NCBI RefSeq assembly: GCF_009914755.1
Contig: NC_060929.1
Strand: one strand, 5' to 3'
Length of the DNA: 64,000 nt
DNA from: the human T2T-CHM13v2.0 reference genome, Homo sapiens
Both the position numbers and the translations under genes were made by a program. Below the pieces are notes generated by a model, which did not search any database, was not told the origin of the DNA, and was given only the letters and a program-made list of their open reading frames with translations. This document shows positions 32,811 to 47,278 of this stretch, in pieces (the first letter of the stretch is position 1; each line of letters opens with the position of its first letter).

Positions 32811-35800
32811 ACCCAAAAGTACGATTTTCTAAAAGTTAAAAACATGACTTTCATAAAACTATAAAATTCGCCCAAATCAAATAATTTTTTCAATTCATTA
32901 ATTAAAGAAGGAAACAGTATGACTGGTTCAGAGGAGAATTTGAAGGCCAGATATTTGAATAGTCAAAGGCATAATAAAATTAATTTACTACTAAACAAAA
33001 AATTGGTTAATATCCTACAGGCCAATAAACTGTAATGTTTGGGGTTACCTTTTCTACCTGATAAAAATAAGTTGCATCTATTCTAAACCAAATTAGTTTA
33101 TTGCAGTAGGCAGGAATAATTTGCATTTCTCTCAGTCCAGAATCACTTGCATTAATACCAGTTTTTCTCTATATGTTAATCTCTATTACCATTAAGTTGC
33201 AAAATAGCCTAGTCAATAAAAACTCAATCAAAGTTGCATACTCCTATAGAATTGTATAATACCCAGATGAGTTAGACAATGACTACATGACTAGTTTATT
33301 TCACTTAATATAATGACCTGCAGGCTCATCCATGTTGCTGCAAATGACAGGTTGTCATGGTTTTTGATGGCTGAACAGTATTGCATTGCAGATATATACT
33401 ATTTTTTTGTTATTTATTCATTGATGGATACTAAAGTTAATTCCATATCTTGGCTGTTCGGAATAGTGCTGCAATAGATATGGAGATGCAGGTGTCCCTT
33501 TGATACACCGATTTCCCTTCCTTTAAACAAATACCCTTAAGTGAAATTGTTAGATCATGTGGTAGTTTTTTTTTGAGAAATCTCCATATTATTTTTTATA
33601 ATAGCTTTATTAATTTTACATTTCCACCAACATTATCGTTTTCTTCCATTCTACAGGCTGTCTCTTCATTCTATTCATTGTTCCTGTTGCTGTATGGAAG
33701 CTTTTTAGTTTAATACAGTCTCATTTGTCTGTTTTTGTTTTTGTTGCCTGTGCTTTTGAAGTCTTAGTCATAAAATCTTGGCCTAGACCTATGTCCTTAA
33801 GCATTTTCCCCTGTGCTGTCTTCCAGGAATTTTATATTTTGGGGTCTTATGTTTAAGCCTTTAGTTTATTTTGAGTTGATTTTTTCCTACTAGTTTTATA
33901 TTTTTGAGTCTTATGTTTAAGCCTTAATTCATTTGGAGTTGACTTTTGTATATGGTGAGAGATAGGGTGTTAAATTTTATTCTTCTGTATATGGATGTCT
34001 AGTTTTCCCACCATCATTTATTATAGAAGGTATCTTTTCCCTAATGTATGTTCTAGGCACCTTTGTCAAAAATCAGTTGGCTGTAAATACATGGGTTTAT
34101 TTCTGGGTTTTTAATTCTGTTCCATTGGTCTATGTGTCTGTTTTTATACTAATATCATGCTGTTTGGGTTACTATTGCTTTGTAGTATATTTTAAAGTCA
34201 GGTAGTGTGATGCCTCCAGTATTGTTCTTTTTGCTCAGGATTGCTTTCATTATATAATCACACGATCTTTTATGATTTCTTATAATTTTCAGGATTATTT
34301 TTTCTATTTCTGTAAAGAATGTCATTGGTATTTTGATAGGGATTAAATTGCTTTAGATAGTATGGCCATCTTAGCAATATTAACTCCTCTGATCCATGAG
34401 CATGGGCAGTCTTTCCATTTGTGTTCTCTTCAAAATTTTTCATAGTGTTTTGTGCTTTTCATTGTAGACGTCTTTCACCTCCTTGGTTAAATGTATTCCT
34501 AGGTATTTTTACTCTTTTTTGTAACTATTGTAAATAGGATTACTTTCTCAATTTATTTTTCCCCTAGTTATTGGTTTAAAGAAATGCTACTGATTATTGT
34601 ATGTGATTTTTGTATCCTGCAACTTTACTGAATTTATTCTATCAGTTCTAAGCATTTTTGTTGGAGTATTTAGGGTTTTTTTAGCACACAAGATTATATC
34701 ATCGCAAAAAAGGACAGTTCAATCCCCTCTTTTCCAATTCAGATGTCTTTTATTTCTTTCTTTTGCCTGATTGCTCTGGCTAGGACTTCCAATACTGTTT
34801 TGAGTAAGTTGGCGAAAGTGGGCATTACTGCCTTGTTCCAGTTCTTAGAGGAAAGTCTGTTAGCTTTTCCCCATTCAGTACAATATTAGCTGTGAGTCTG
34901 TCATATATATCCTTTATTATGTTGAGGCATGTTCCTTCTATACCTATTTTGTTGAGAGTTTTTATCATAAAGGGATATTGAGTTTCATCAGATGCTTTTT
35001 CTGCGTCTATTGAGATGACAATAGAGTTTTTGTCCTTCATTCTGTTAATGTAATATATCACATTTATTGATTTGCATATATTGAACTATCTCTGCATCCC
35101 TGGGATAAACCTCACTTAATCATGGTATATTACCTTTTTGATGTATTGTTGGATTCAGTTTGCTACTATTATATTGAGAGTATTTTTTTGCATCTATGTT
35201 CACCAGGGATATTGGCCAGTAGTTTTCTTTTTTGTTGTTATGTCCTTGTCTGTTTTGGTATCAGGGTCATGCAGGTCTTGTAGAATGAATAGGAGGCATT
35301 CTTTCTCCTTCAATTTTTTTTTTTTTTGAATCATTTGAGAAGAATTGGTGTTAGTTCATTATAAATTTGGTAGAATTCAGGAGTAAAGCCATTCGGTCCT
35401 GGGCTTTTGTTTTTTGAGAGGCTGTTACTGATGCAACCTCACTACTCATTACTGGTCTTTTCAATTTTTCTTCTGGTTTAATTTTGGTGGGTTGTATGTG
35501 TCCAGAAATGTATCCCATATTTTTCTAGGTTTTCCAATTTGTTAGTGTATAGTTGTTCATAACAGTCTCTAATGATCTTTTGTATCTGAGTTGTAATATC
35601 TCCTTTCTCTTTGTTTTATTTTATTTATGTGGGTTGTTTCTCTTTTTTCTTGGTTAGTGTAGCTAGCAGTTTATCAATTTTGTTTATCTTTTCAAAAAAA
35701 CCACCTTTGGTTGATCTTTTGTATTTTTTTTTTTTTTTGTCTGTATGTCATTTAGTTCTGCTCTGGTCTTTATTATTTCTTTTCTTCTATTAGCTTTGGG

Positions 35801-37931
35801 TTGAAATTGTTTTTGCTTTTGTAGTTCCTTGAGGTATACCATTAGGTTGTTTATTTGAAATTTTTCTACTTTGTTGACCTAGGTATTTATTGCTATAAAC
35901 TTTTCTCTTACCACTGCTTTTGCTATATCCCATAGGTTTTGGCATGTTGTGTTTCCATTTTCATTTGTTTCAAGAATTTTTTTTATTTTACTTTTACCTT
36001 TTTCATTGACCTAATGGTCATTCGGAGCATGTTATTTAATTTCCATGCATTTGTAGTATTTCTAAAGTAAAAAAATCTTGTCATTGATTTTTAGTTTTAT
36101 TCCATTGTGCTCTCAGATGATACTTGGCATAAATTTGATTTTTACAGATTTCTTGAGACTTGTTTTGTGGCCTAACATATATTCTATCCTGGAGAATGTT
36201 CTGTTTACTAATGAGAAGAAAGTGTATTCTGCAACTGTTGAATCAAATATTTGGTAAATGTCTGTTATGTTCATTTGGTCTATAATACAGATTAAATCCA
36301 ATGTTTCTTTGTTGATTTTCTGTCTAGACTCTCTGTCTAATGCTGAAAGTGGAATGTTGAAGTCCCCAACTATTACTGTACTGGAGTCTAGCTCTCTTTT
36401 TAGCCCTAATAATATTTGCTTTATATATCGGGCTGCTCCCTTCCTAGGTGAATATATATTTACAGTTTTTATATTCTTTTTCTGAATCGATCTCTTTATT
36501 ATTATATAATGGCCTTCTTTGTTTGTTTCTCTCTAACATAAATATAAAGAAAGTCTGTTTCCTCTAACATAAATATAGCTACTTCTGCATGCTTTTGGTT
36601 TCAATTTATATGGAATATTTTTCCATCCCTTCACTTTCAATCTATGTGTGTCTTTACAGGTGAAGGGAGTTTCTTGTAGACAGGAAATAGTTGGATATTA
36701 AATTTTTTCAAAATCCATTCAATCAGGATGTATTTTAATTAATGGATTTAAACCATTTATATTCAAGGTTGTTATTAATAGGTGAGGTTTTTTGTAGTGA
36801 TAACATTTGGATTTTTTCTCATTTGTGTATATGTTCTACCCATGAGTTTTATACTTTCATGTGTTTTCACAATGGTAGATATCTTCCTTTTTGCTTTCAG
36901 ATGTAGAACTCCCGTGGGCATTTCTTGTAGGGCTGGTCTAGTGGCAATGAATTACCTGTTTTTGCTTTTTAAGGAAAGACTTTATATTTCTCCTTTAGTT
37001 TTGAAGGATAGAATTGTTAGGTAAAGTATTCTTGGCTGGAAGTTTTTTCTTTCAGTACTTTGAATATATCTCTCCATTATCTCCTGGTCTGCAAGGTTTC
37101 TGCTGAGCAATCCATTGTTAGTCTGATGATAATTCCCATATATGTAACTTGATGCTTTTCTCTTGCTGTTTTGAGAATTCTCTTTGTCTTTGACTTTTGA
37201 CAGTCTGACCAAAAGGGGTCTTGGAGACCCCTTGTTGGTTGAATCTATGTGTAGATCTTGGAGCTTCCTGTATCTGGATGTATATATCCTTTGCAGGACT
37301 TCATAAGTTTTTAGCTATTATTTCATTAAATAGATTGTCTATGACTTTTCCCATATCTTCTCCTTTAGGAACTCCAAAAATGGAAATATTTGACCACTTT
37401 AACATGTCTCATATGTCATATAGGCTTTCTTCATTTTTAAAAATTCTTTATTTTTTGTCTGACTAGATTCTTTCAAAAGATTTTTCTTCAAGTTTAGAAA
37501 TTCCTTCTTCTACTTGATCTAGTCTATTGTGGAAGCTCTTGATTGTATTTTTAATTTTATTCATTAAATTCTTTAGTTCCAAAATTTTGGTTTTGTTCTT
37601 TTTTTTATTATTTCTATCTCTTAATTAAATTTCTCATTCAGAACATGAATTGTTCTTTGTTCTTTGTATTGGTTATCTGTGTTATCTTGTATCTCACTGG
37701 TTTCAAAATACTAATATCAGTATTTTGAATCTTTTTCAGGCATTGCACAGACTTTCTTTTCTTTGGAATCTTACCGGATAATTATTGTGTTCTTTTGGAA
37801 GTGTCATGTTTTCTTGCACTTCCATGTTTCTTGTATTTTTAGGTTGATACCTGTGCATCTGTTGTAACAGTAGCTTCATCCAATTTTATGAATTTGCTTT
37901 TGTAGGTAAAGACTTTTTCCTGTAGATATAT

Positions 37932-38342
37932 TACATTAGGTTGTTCTTGCATTGCTACAGAGAATACCTGAGACTGGGTATTTATAAAGAAAAGAGGTTT
38001 AGTTGGCTCACAGTTCCGTAGACTTTATAGGAAGCCTGATGCTGGCAACTGCACAGATTTTAGGGAGGCCTCTAGAAGCTTACAGTCATGGTGGAAGTCA
38101 AAGGGGAGCAGGCATGTCCTGTGGTGAAAGCAAGGGAGGGGAGGTGCCACACACTTTTAAAGAACCAGATCTCACAAGAATTCACTCACTATTGTGAGGA
38201 CAGCACCAAGGAGATGGTGCTAAATCTTTCATGAGAAATTTGTCCCTGTGATAAAATTGCCTCTTACCAGGCCCCATCTCCAACACTGAGGATTACATCT
38301 CAACATGAGATTTGGGTGGGGACAAATGTACAAACTATATCA
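37932..38342 (-). mobile_element. MSTA-like MaLR solo LTR nested in the old L1
   Basis: 411 bp with ATACCTGAGACTGGGTATTTATAAAGAAAAGAGGTTT...CATGAGATTTGGGTGGGGAC...AACTATATCA; 5-bp TSD TATAT at 37927-37931 and 38343-38347. Confidence 0.92.
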
Positions 38343-38419
38343 TATATCTATACTGTTGGTTGGGTAGGGTGCTTTGGCTTTGATTCTGGGTGGGCACAGT
38401 AGTGTAGTCTCTGTATTTC

Positions 38420-38501
38420 TTTGGTTGTAATCAGCATTATTGATATCTGTGTGTTCCTTGTTTGGTTGTAATCAGCATTATTGATATCTGTGAGTTCCTT
38501 G
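38420..38501. repeat. 41-bp tandem duplication (2 copies, 1 mismatch)
   Basis: TTTGGTTGTAATCAGCATTATTGATATCTGTG(T/A)GTTCCTTG x2. Confidence 0.95.
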
Positions 38502-40079
38502 GTGGCTTAGGCTGCAGGTCTTAGTGAAGACTGTGGTGAGGCTTTCCTGGGAAGACGGGCACCAGGCTGATCAGTCCTCTGGCACCAGTGATGGCAGTGA
38601 TGGGCCAGGTGTGCTGGTCCTCAGGCTCCTTGGTGGTGTATGCTGGCACTGGCAGTTGTAAGCCCAGAGGGGGTTGGTCCTGCAGCCACCAGGTAACATG
38701 CTAAAGTGCCAGCAGTGCCAGGAGCAGGCCAGGTGTGTGGGTCATGTGTGGCATTAGCAGTGGCAGTAGCATTGACAGTCCAAACCTTGGGCTGCTGAGT
38801 GGCTCATGTGGGCACCAGTAGCAGTGGGCTGGGCAGTTCAGTCCTTAGGCCCCAGGAGGCATGTGCAGGCACTGGTGGTAGACTGGACAGGCTAGTCCTT
38901 ATACCCTTGCACTACAAGTATATGAGTCAGTAGTGGCAGTTGGATTGAGCCTATACCCAGCCCCTAGACAATGTACATGGGCAGTACAGTGGGCAGGTTG
39001 GTAGTGGGTGGGGAGGGTTGATCCCCCATCCTCCAGATGGTGCACATGGGTGCTAGCTTTGGTGGTTATAGGAAGGGCAGGCCTGTCTTGAGATCCCTGC
39101 ATGGTGCTCATCTGTGCCAGTGGCAGTGAGCAGGGCAAGTCTATTCCCAAATCCCTGGACAACATGCACAGACACTAGTGGTGGTGGGTGGGGCAGGTTA
39201 ACCCCTAGGCTCCTGGATGATCCATTTGGGTGCCAGCAGCAGCAGCATTTGTATTGGGCCTGCCGTCAGCTATTTGAACGATTAAAATTTTCCTTTTTTA
39301 GTTCATTTTTGACTTCAGAAGCTCTAAAAAGTTCTGTGTGTTCTGCACAACTCCCAAAGCAGCTGTGACAGAGAAACAAAGGAGTATGAGTTTCTATTTC
39401 ACCAAGAGATCCTCAAGCCACACATCCCTTAAGAAAAATGGTTACATGACCCTGACACCCTAGGTGCTGCTAGTTAGATCAAGAGTAAGTTTCTGACTTA
39501 GGAAGAGACAATCTATAGGTTGGCCAATAACTAATAAGGTAGCTTGGTATAAGCACTCTCTCCAGCAAAGTTAATACCAACTACCAGAACCAAAAGATCT
39601 TCTCAGAAAGACTGAAAATTAGAAAATAATCAGCAGAGGAAATGAGTAATTGGAAAGGAAAAAAGAAACTGAAATGCACAAAGAAAGAAGAAAAAAAGCA
39701 GCTGTGATTAAGTGGAAGTCTAAAAAAAGAAAGAAGAGTTTCTTTTTTTAGAAACTCTCACACCCAAATGGGGAGTGAGAGCAATATTGGCAGAGAGAGC
39801 AATGGTAAAGAAAGAGATCAACTGCATTACAAGTACGGTGAAATTGCTATGATAGGTATCAATAGTCATGAGCTTCTGAGAGGACCGCTACCAGAATTTC
39901 CTTTCTCTGAGTCTCCAGAGTGGCAGTTGCAAGTACTGCTGTTAGAGATGCTAGAGTGTAGTAATTTTTCACAGGAAGATATATTTTTTATTTTGAGGAT
40001 TAAATGATATTTTGTTAATGTGTCTTACTCTAATCAAGGTAATTTATTATTCTGATGTTTTCCAATAACAATCAGACTC

Positions 40080-41255
40080 TTTTTTTTAACTTTTATTTTA
40101 GGTTCAGGGCTGCATGTGTAGGATTGTTATATAGGTAAACTGTGTGTTTACCTATATAACACACAGTTATATGTGTATGTTCCTTCAATGCCTAGTTTAT
40201 TGAGGATTTTTAACATAAAGGGGTGTTGAATTTTATCAAAAGCTTTTGTTGCATCTATTGAGATAATCATACAGCTTTGGTTTTGGTTCTGCTTATATGA
40301 TGAATCACATTACTGATTTGTGTATGGTGAACCAACCTTGCACCTTATGGAAGAAACCTACTTGATTGTGGTGGATTAACTTTTTGACATGCTGCTGGAT
40401 TTGATTTGCTAGTATTTTGTTGAAGATTTTTGCATCTATGTTCATCAATGATATTGGCCTGAAGTTTTCTTTTTTTAATTGTGTCTCTGCTAGGTTTTGG
40501 TATCAGGATGATTGCTGACCTCATAGAATTAGTCAAGGAGGAGGTCCCCCTCCTTAATTTTTTGGAATAGTTTCAGTAGGAATGGTACCAGCTCTTCTTT
40601 ACACATCTGGCAAAATTTGTCAGTGAATCTGACTGGTCCTGGCTTTTTTGGGTGGGTAAGGTTTTTTAAATTATTATTGATTCAATTTCAGAACTTGTTA
40701 TTGGTATGTTCAGGGATTCAATTTCTTCCTGGAGCAGTCTTGGGAGGTTGTGTGTATCCAGGAATTTATCTGTTTCTTCTAAATTTTTTAGTGTTCATAG
40801 AGGTGTTCTTAGTAGTCTCTGAGGGTATTTTGTATTTCTGTGGGGTCAGTGGTAATGTCTCCTCTGTCATTTCTGATTATGTTTATTTAGATCTTCTTTT
40901 TTTTTTCTTTATTAGTCTAACTAGCAGCTTGTCTATCTTATTAATTTTTTCAAAGAACCAACTCCTGGATTTGTTGATCTTTAGTATTTTTTTTTGTGTC
41001 TCAATTGTCTTCAGTAGTTCAGCTCTGATTTTGGTTATTTCTTGTCTTTTGCTAGCTTTGGGGTTGGTTTGCTCTTCTTTCTCTAGTTCCTATAGTTGTG
41101 ATGTTGGGTTCTTAATTTGAGATCTTTCTAACTTTTTGATTTGAACATTTAGTGCTATAAACTTCACTCTTAATGCTACCTTAACTGTGTCCCAGAGATT
41201 CTGGTATGTTTTACCTTTGTTCTCATTGGCTTCAAATAATTTATTGTTTTCTGCC
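40080..41255 (-). mobile_element. Rearranged old L1PA/L1PB: 60-bp 3' end fused to an internal ORF2 segment
   Basis: L1 3' terminus at 40080-40145, a scrambled junction, then ORF2-derived sequence from ~40176 to ~41255. Confidence 0.88.
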
Positions 41256-42469
41256 AGAAAGATATATTAAACCACTTTTAACTGATCATTTTTCCTCAAC
41301 CAAGAACTGCAATTACATAGTCTGACAATAAATATATGCTTATAGGTTCAAGTGAATGAAAAAAGAACTATTCACAAAAATTTATCCTCATGCTTATTGT
41401 TGGACAGTTTTAGCATTCTGTATAATATTAAGGACACACTATATTTAATGATTATTTTCTACCTTAAAGTTTTAGAAAGTTACTCAAACTAAACACTTCT
41501 GTAGGAATTGTGAACACTCTTGATTCACAAATATCTTTATCTTCCTAAATTCGTCCACTTATGTATGATACTTACTTTAAATGGGAAAGCAGAGAGACAT
41601 TCCCTAGTTTCTTTAAAAATAATTTTTCGGAAACTATGAAGTTTCTTTTGTGAATAAAAAACGTATTTACGCTTTTTTCCTCCCCAGGACTATTAAACAC
41701 TGTGTGGTAGTCCTTTATCAGCAGTGTTTATACTGCATGATTTTGTTTATTTAGATGGTTGTAGAGTGTAAAATTACAGGTTTGGTGGTTTGTAACCAGA
41801 ATTTTCTTCTCCACTTCCACCCTCCTTTTACTTGAATTTTAAAGGTTTATTTATGCTTTGGCGGGGGTGGGGATATGTTTTTGTTTTCCTCTGTAGAGCA
41901 GATGAAGATTGTGTAAACTCCCCAAGGAATGCCCCATCGATTGATAATTGGGAAGAATTCCTCTTCACTGTGGAGCTGCATAAGTTTCAAGTCAAGTCAT
42001 ATAAAATCTTGGGTCAGACTGCAGATAGGATTTGTAATATCTACAGCTTTTCCATACCATAATAGTTCATTAGCTTGTTGTTAAAACTTCTCAGAAGGGA
42101 TCCTATTCTCTTTTTAATTTAGGAAGCAATTTAGGAAGGCTGATTGACTCAAAGCAGGGGAGAATACCAATTTAGTTCATTTATTCTCTGTGTGAGATAC
42201 ATATAAATCTACTTTGAAAGAAGAATCTATAATGGGGTTGTTCACCTTTAGTTCTCTAAATAAATATGTTGCTACTTACACTATGTCAAACTCTTGGCTG
42301 TTCTCAGCTCATCTTAATTTTGTGCTGTCCACACTCTTAAATCTCATGGACTCTTGGAAGCTACAGTCAATCTTCTTTTCATAAGTCTGCATGGCATTAT
42401 AATTGTAGAATCCACCCAGCCCATGCACATCTATGTGGTATCAATTATATTAGTTCTTATTTGTATTTT

Positions 42470-42960
42470 TGTTTTGGAAGGCCAGGAAGTTCTGACTTTT
42501 TATTTGTTTTCAAGTAACAGAAAATCAACTTCAACTAATTCAGACAGCCAAAATAGGCAAAGAGATGCATTGGTTAATGAAAACTCAAGATTGAAGAAAC
42601 AGGAAGGATGCAAATGCATCTAGCCTTAGATCAACAGGACATCTTGGCCTGATTTTTGCAAGATCGCTTTCTCGCTCTCTCTCTCTTTCTCTCTCTCATT
42701 CTTCCTCACCTTGACTCACTTTTGCTCTTCTCAGGGGGTTGGTTCATTCTGTTTCACTGAAGACTTACCTTCTTCACGAGGTAAGCTGGAGGTGTGGAAT
42801 GTGAGCTGACAGCTTCTCAATTTCCCATTGTGTAGTTCTTATGCACTAGAGAGGTACTGAGTCTCTTCTTTACCTGAGGGTTGAAATTGCTCAGGAAAGA
42901 GCTTTGAATGGCTCAGTCTGAAGAAGGTGTCTATCCCTGAGCTAATAAAAAAAACTAATC
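42470..42960. mobile_element. Possible ancient ERVL/MaLR-type LTR relic
   Basis: TTTCAAGTAACAGAAAATCAACTTCAACTA... resembles the ends of old LTR33/MLT1-like LTRs; weak. Confidence 0.4.
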
Positions 42961-45900
42961 AACAGTGCTGCCTTGTAAGAACTTCGTGGCTTTCATAGGA
43001 ACCACAGGCTGGATTGAGGAGGGGAGAGGAGATTAGGAGAGAGGTTCCAGAGGAAGAGGAGGAGCAAGGGCAGTTGGTATTAACAGAAAGAGGAAACAGT
43101 ACATGCCCACTAGAGAAACAATACGTGTCCATGTCATACAACTCTCTGAGTACAAAATATTCTTTATCTTTGTTTAAGTAAATGAGCTGATGTATGCTGA
43201 TTTCTCACTACCCTACATCCACTCCCAAATTTTTTTTTCTCCTTTTAATTTTGTGGGAAAAAAATAGGCTTATTTGTATGTACTTGATAATTCAGACTTT
43301 TTTATGTTATAAAATGTTGTCTCATAAAATTCAACTTTTTCCTTCATTTATTTGTTTGTTCATTGGCTATTCCTGGCTCCACAAAAAAGTTTGAAATGAT
43401 TTAAAGAAAACACATTCAGACCCCTTCCATTATGTTGATGTGCTAAAAGTAAAACAAATCCTTCACATAGCCTGGGCTGAAAATAAACTATGATCTCAAA
43501 TGCAGACTCAAAGCATCATCCTGAAACCCACCCTGCAGAAGTCTCATAAAACTGCCATTTGAGTCACTTTTTATTTCTTCAGACTTTACTCTAAAGGTTA
43601 TGTAAGCATTGTGCAGCCCATGGCTCATCTCAATAATGGGTAAAGGAAAACTTCAAAAATCTCCCAGGAATTTCCTTTGGTTATAAATTAATAGAAAGGG
43701 TTGAATTGTTGACAGTCAATGGATAAATTTGACAAAGGATTACTCATTAAAAACACAAACAAAAAGAAACCAAAACCACCCTGGTTTTGAGAACTGACCT
43801 CACTAGCAATATTTGTTTTCCCTTTTCTTCCCCTTTTTGCCCTTTTTTGGATGGCTCTAAAGCATAAGGTACTGTTGAAAAATTGAACAGAGCAATTATT
43901 TTAGCACACCTTTCTTGCTTTACTTTCTCTGGCATTCATCTTTTCAGGAATAGTTGCAGAGTCTGTCCTGATAGGCAGAGAACATTGCCCACTGGAGGGC
44001 ACTTTGGCATGCTTTATTCATGTAGTCGACCTACACTCATGAGAACCTACTGGGTGCCCGGTAGAGTTCTAGATGCTGAGGTTACAATCTGGAACAATCA
44101 GAGCAAGTAACAATCTCCATAACATTCATAATATTCTCTGGCTTTTCTTCTTAATTCTGTTCTTGGGCTTTTTTTTTTTTACTTGATCTTATTTGGTTAT
44201 CACATACAAATTTCCAAATATATAACTTCCAAATAGGTAGCAACGTGTGTCTAATAGAGTCTCATAAATCTGATGGCATGGAAATATGTCTGCATTTCTG
44301 GTTGCCACTTCAAATTCAATATTTTCTAAAAAGGAATCATCGCCATGTGCTTTCAGTGTCCTCCTTCATTTGGACACTGTTCTCTACATTTGGTAGTTAT
44401 GGCTTCTCTATCCCCAGCCTGTCACTCAGACTTAAAATCCCAGGCACCATTCTAATGGCTTCAAACAGGTCTTTTTATCTCCAGTATTTCCTCTCTCTGC
44501 TCCAGATTAAATATTTTTGCCAGAGGAAAATTCATGACAAAAAAAATCGCTAAATTAGAGCATATATAGGAAATAATTTTGTAAACTCTGAAGGAGTGTC
44601 CCATGCTGGCTTTTGTTTGCTTGTTCGTTTAAATGACTATGTTACTATCCAGCTGAGGAATTTTCAAACTCTTGAATCAGATGTTTGAGGCCCTATGAGA
44701 TCTATTCCTTGTAATTATTTGCTTTCAAATTTTCTATGAATTGGATGACTTTAATTGTTCACTGTATCTTTCACAGCCACAATGAAGACACTTCTTGCTC
44801 AGATCATGCTTTTCCTTTGTCCTGGAATTCATATCTCCCAATACACTTCTTCATGCCTCTCTTCTTGCCAGCAACCACTTAACTCTGCCAGAAAGAGAGG
44901 CCATGTAGTAGGAGTAATGGAATTCCACAGGGCACAGTATAACTGTGGCTTCATGGGTCAGTTAACATAAACCTTTATTTGAAAATGTCAGTCGTAGGAA
45001 GGCTAGAAAGAAGTGTTCTAATTTGGGGAAGGAGGGTGAGGTTTTATGAGACTTTAGTGGTAAGGGGCCAGTCAATGAACACTAGTTTCAGAAATAGAAC
45101 TAAAGAGATTGTTCTTGCAGTGTGGATAGTTGGACAGTCTGGAGTTTATTGAGAGTGGTGGGGAGGATGTGTTAGGGGCTAAGGTTATTTGCAAGAAGCA
45201 GTGGGGAGAAGAAATGCAGAGAAAGAGGACAGGAGGGCTGCAAGGGAAAATTGTCAGGCCTCAAGTCCTTCAGGGTCTCACAGTGCACTCCTATCTCCAC
45301 TGTGGATTTGCCTTAGGGCACAGAGCTAATAAGATTGCTTCCAAATCTCAGAGACTGACCTCGAAATTTTCAGTAAAGAGAAAAATAAATGAAAGTCTGT
45401 GTTGTAAAAATTTTTTGTGGTTGATTTAACTTGCACAGACAAAGAACAACTGAAATCTTGAAATTTCCCAAAGAGTTATTGTTTGTGCTTGTCAGTACAC
45501 CTGAGTAAAATCAAACTCTTAAGAATTATCTAATCTAACTTTACAGGTGGCTTCAGGTAGAAATAAACATCTAAATGCTTAGGGGCAAGTCAGGTGTAAA
45601 ATATGCTTTGTGGAAACGCCTAATGAAGTTTGACATGACACGCTTTATTATAACAATGGATGATCTGATGGTAAGGGCCCTCGGGCTTTTGAGGCTCATT
45701 GGTGTCAATTTTGGGAACAAGGGTAAAAGATTATATCTTCAAGCTTCACTATTATGCTTTATTTTGAGGATCTCCTTAGAAATGTTTTTAGTTGTTGTGC
45801 AACAAAATACAGAAGACCCGTCATATCATTTTTATAGGTAAGATCCAGGATTATCATCAAGCTATAAATTTATCTTATGATATTTAGTCTGTATAAACTC

Positions 45901-45984
45901 AATTTTTTGAATCAATATAATAAAGCTAGATGTTTATTTCTTGGTTGCTCATATAAACTTTCCATTTGTATATGTAACAGATTT

Positions 45985-46520
45985 CTCAAATTTGGAATGT
46001 TTTATATTGAACTCCTGCTCTATCCACCAACCTGAAGACATTTCCATCTCAGAAAGTGGCACCAACCTCTTCCAGTTGCTCAGGCCATAACCTTGGAATC
46101 ATTCTTGACTCCACTCTTTCTCTTATTTCTCAGCATTCAAATGATAGGCACATCCTGTTGATTCTCTCTTCAAAACAGATCCAGAGTCCAATCACTTCTC
46201 ATTCCCTTCACCACCACCTTCCTGGTCCAAGCAATCGTCATCTGTGACCTGGTTGATAGTAATGGTCTTATTTTGGCCTCCCTGTTTCACTCTTACCCTA
46301 TAGTGTCTACTCTCAGTAGAGCAGTCAGAATGATCCTTTAAAAGTCTCATTTCTTCTGCTTATAACTTTCCATTACCTCCCGTCTCTCCCAGAGTACATA
46401 AAAGTTCTTCAGAGTCTTCTAAGGTCCTAGAAAATCTACCTGCTTCCCTCAGCATCCCATTCATCTCTCTAACCTCGCCTCCTGGTACTCCTTCCCTTGC
46501 TGGCCTTCAGCCACATTTGC
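45985..46520 (+). mobile_element. L2 fragment
   Basis: TCCAGTTGCTCAGGCCATAACCTTGGAATCATTCTTGACTCC...AGCAGTCAGAATGATCCTTTAAAA. Confidence 0.8.
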
Positions 46521-47278
46521 CTTCCTTGCTCCTCTTCCATTCTGGAGGTGCTGGTGGCAACCTCTGTGGCTCTTTCCTCCAACCTGAGTTTTCTGCTCCT
46601 GACCCCATAGGACTCAGCATAAGAACTAGCAGTCTCCAATCTAGCAGTGTACTGCCACCAAGAGAGAACAGTTCCTATCACACTCCTTTAAAGTACCTAG
46701 TTCAAATCACATGTTTCCTCTAAGCATGAAGATCAGCTAAATAATGTGTGATGAAGACAAAGGAAAGGAAATATGGGGATGCCAAATAAAACTGCAAAGT
46801 AATGAGAATGGAGCCATAGCTGCTGATGAGATTACTTCCAAAAGTACCTCATATTTATGTTTTAATCTCACCTTTCATTAAAGGTAGAAATTTCATGTGA
46901 GCCTTGCTGTACCATTTAGAAAAGAGGCAACCATTTGAGATTTCCAGCAGATAGCATATTTTAGCCAAGCTCTTGAAACACAAATATATGAAGAATATGG
47001 TTTCTAGGCATCCAACAAAAGCTGCCAGGGCAGGGTTTCCTTCCAGTTTCTGAGAAACTCTGGTTAGCTTTGGCAGCTAGAAGTGTTTTCATCATTGACA
47101 CCTCTAGCCTATGCAAACAACTGAATAGAATCATGAGTGTTAAGGTCTTAGAATCTGACCAAAGAATAAAAGAAATCAAATAGCTAAAATAAAAAAGTAC
47201 ATGTTCTATGAGGCCCAAATTGAGAAGCGTTGATGAAATTCACCAAAACAAGCATTACTATTTTAAGTGTGTATTCCA

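Larger units (their letters stand above)
33290..39250 (-). mobile_element. Old, highly diverged near full-length L1 (L1M / L1MA type) with internal deletions
   Basis: ORF2-like peptides (34825-35061 RT region, 36113-36301 EN), ORF1-like peptide (36982-37212), GC-richer repetitive 5' region at 38350-39250. Confidence 0.88.

Noticed and set aside
41670-41920. Strong-looking + strand acceptors (ttttttcctccccag, tttcctctgtag)
   Set aside because: No convincing paired donors or coding frame; such motifs are common in T-rich DNA.
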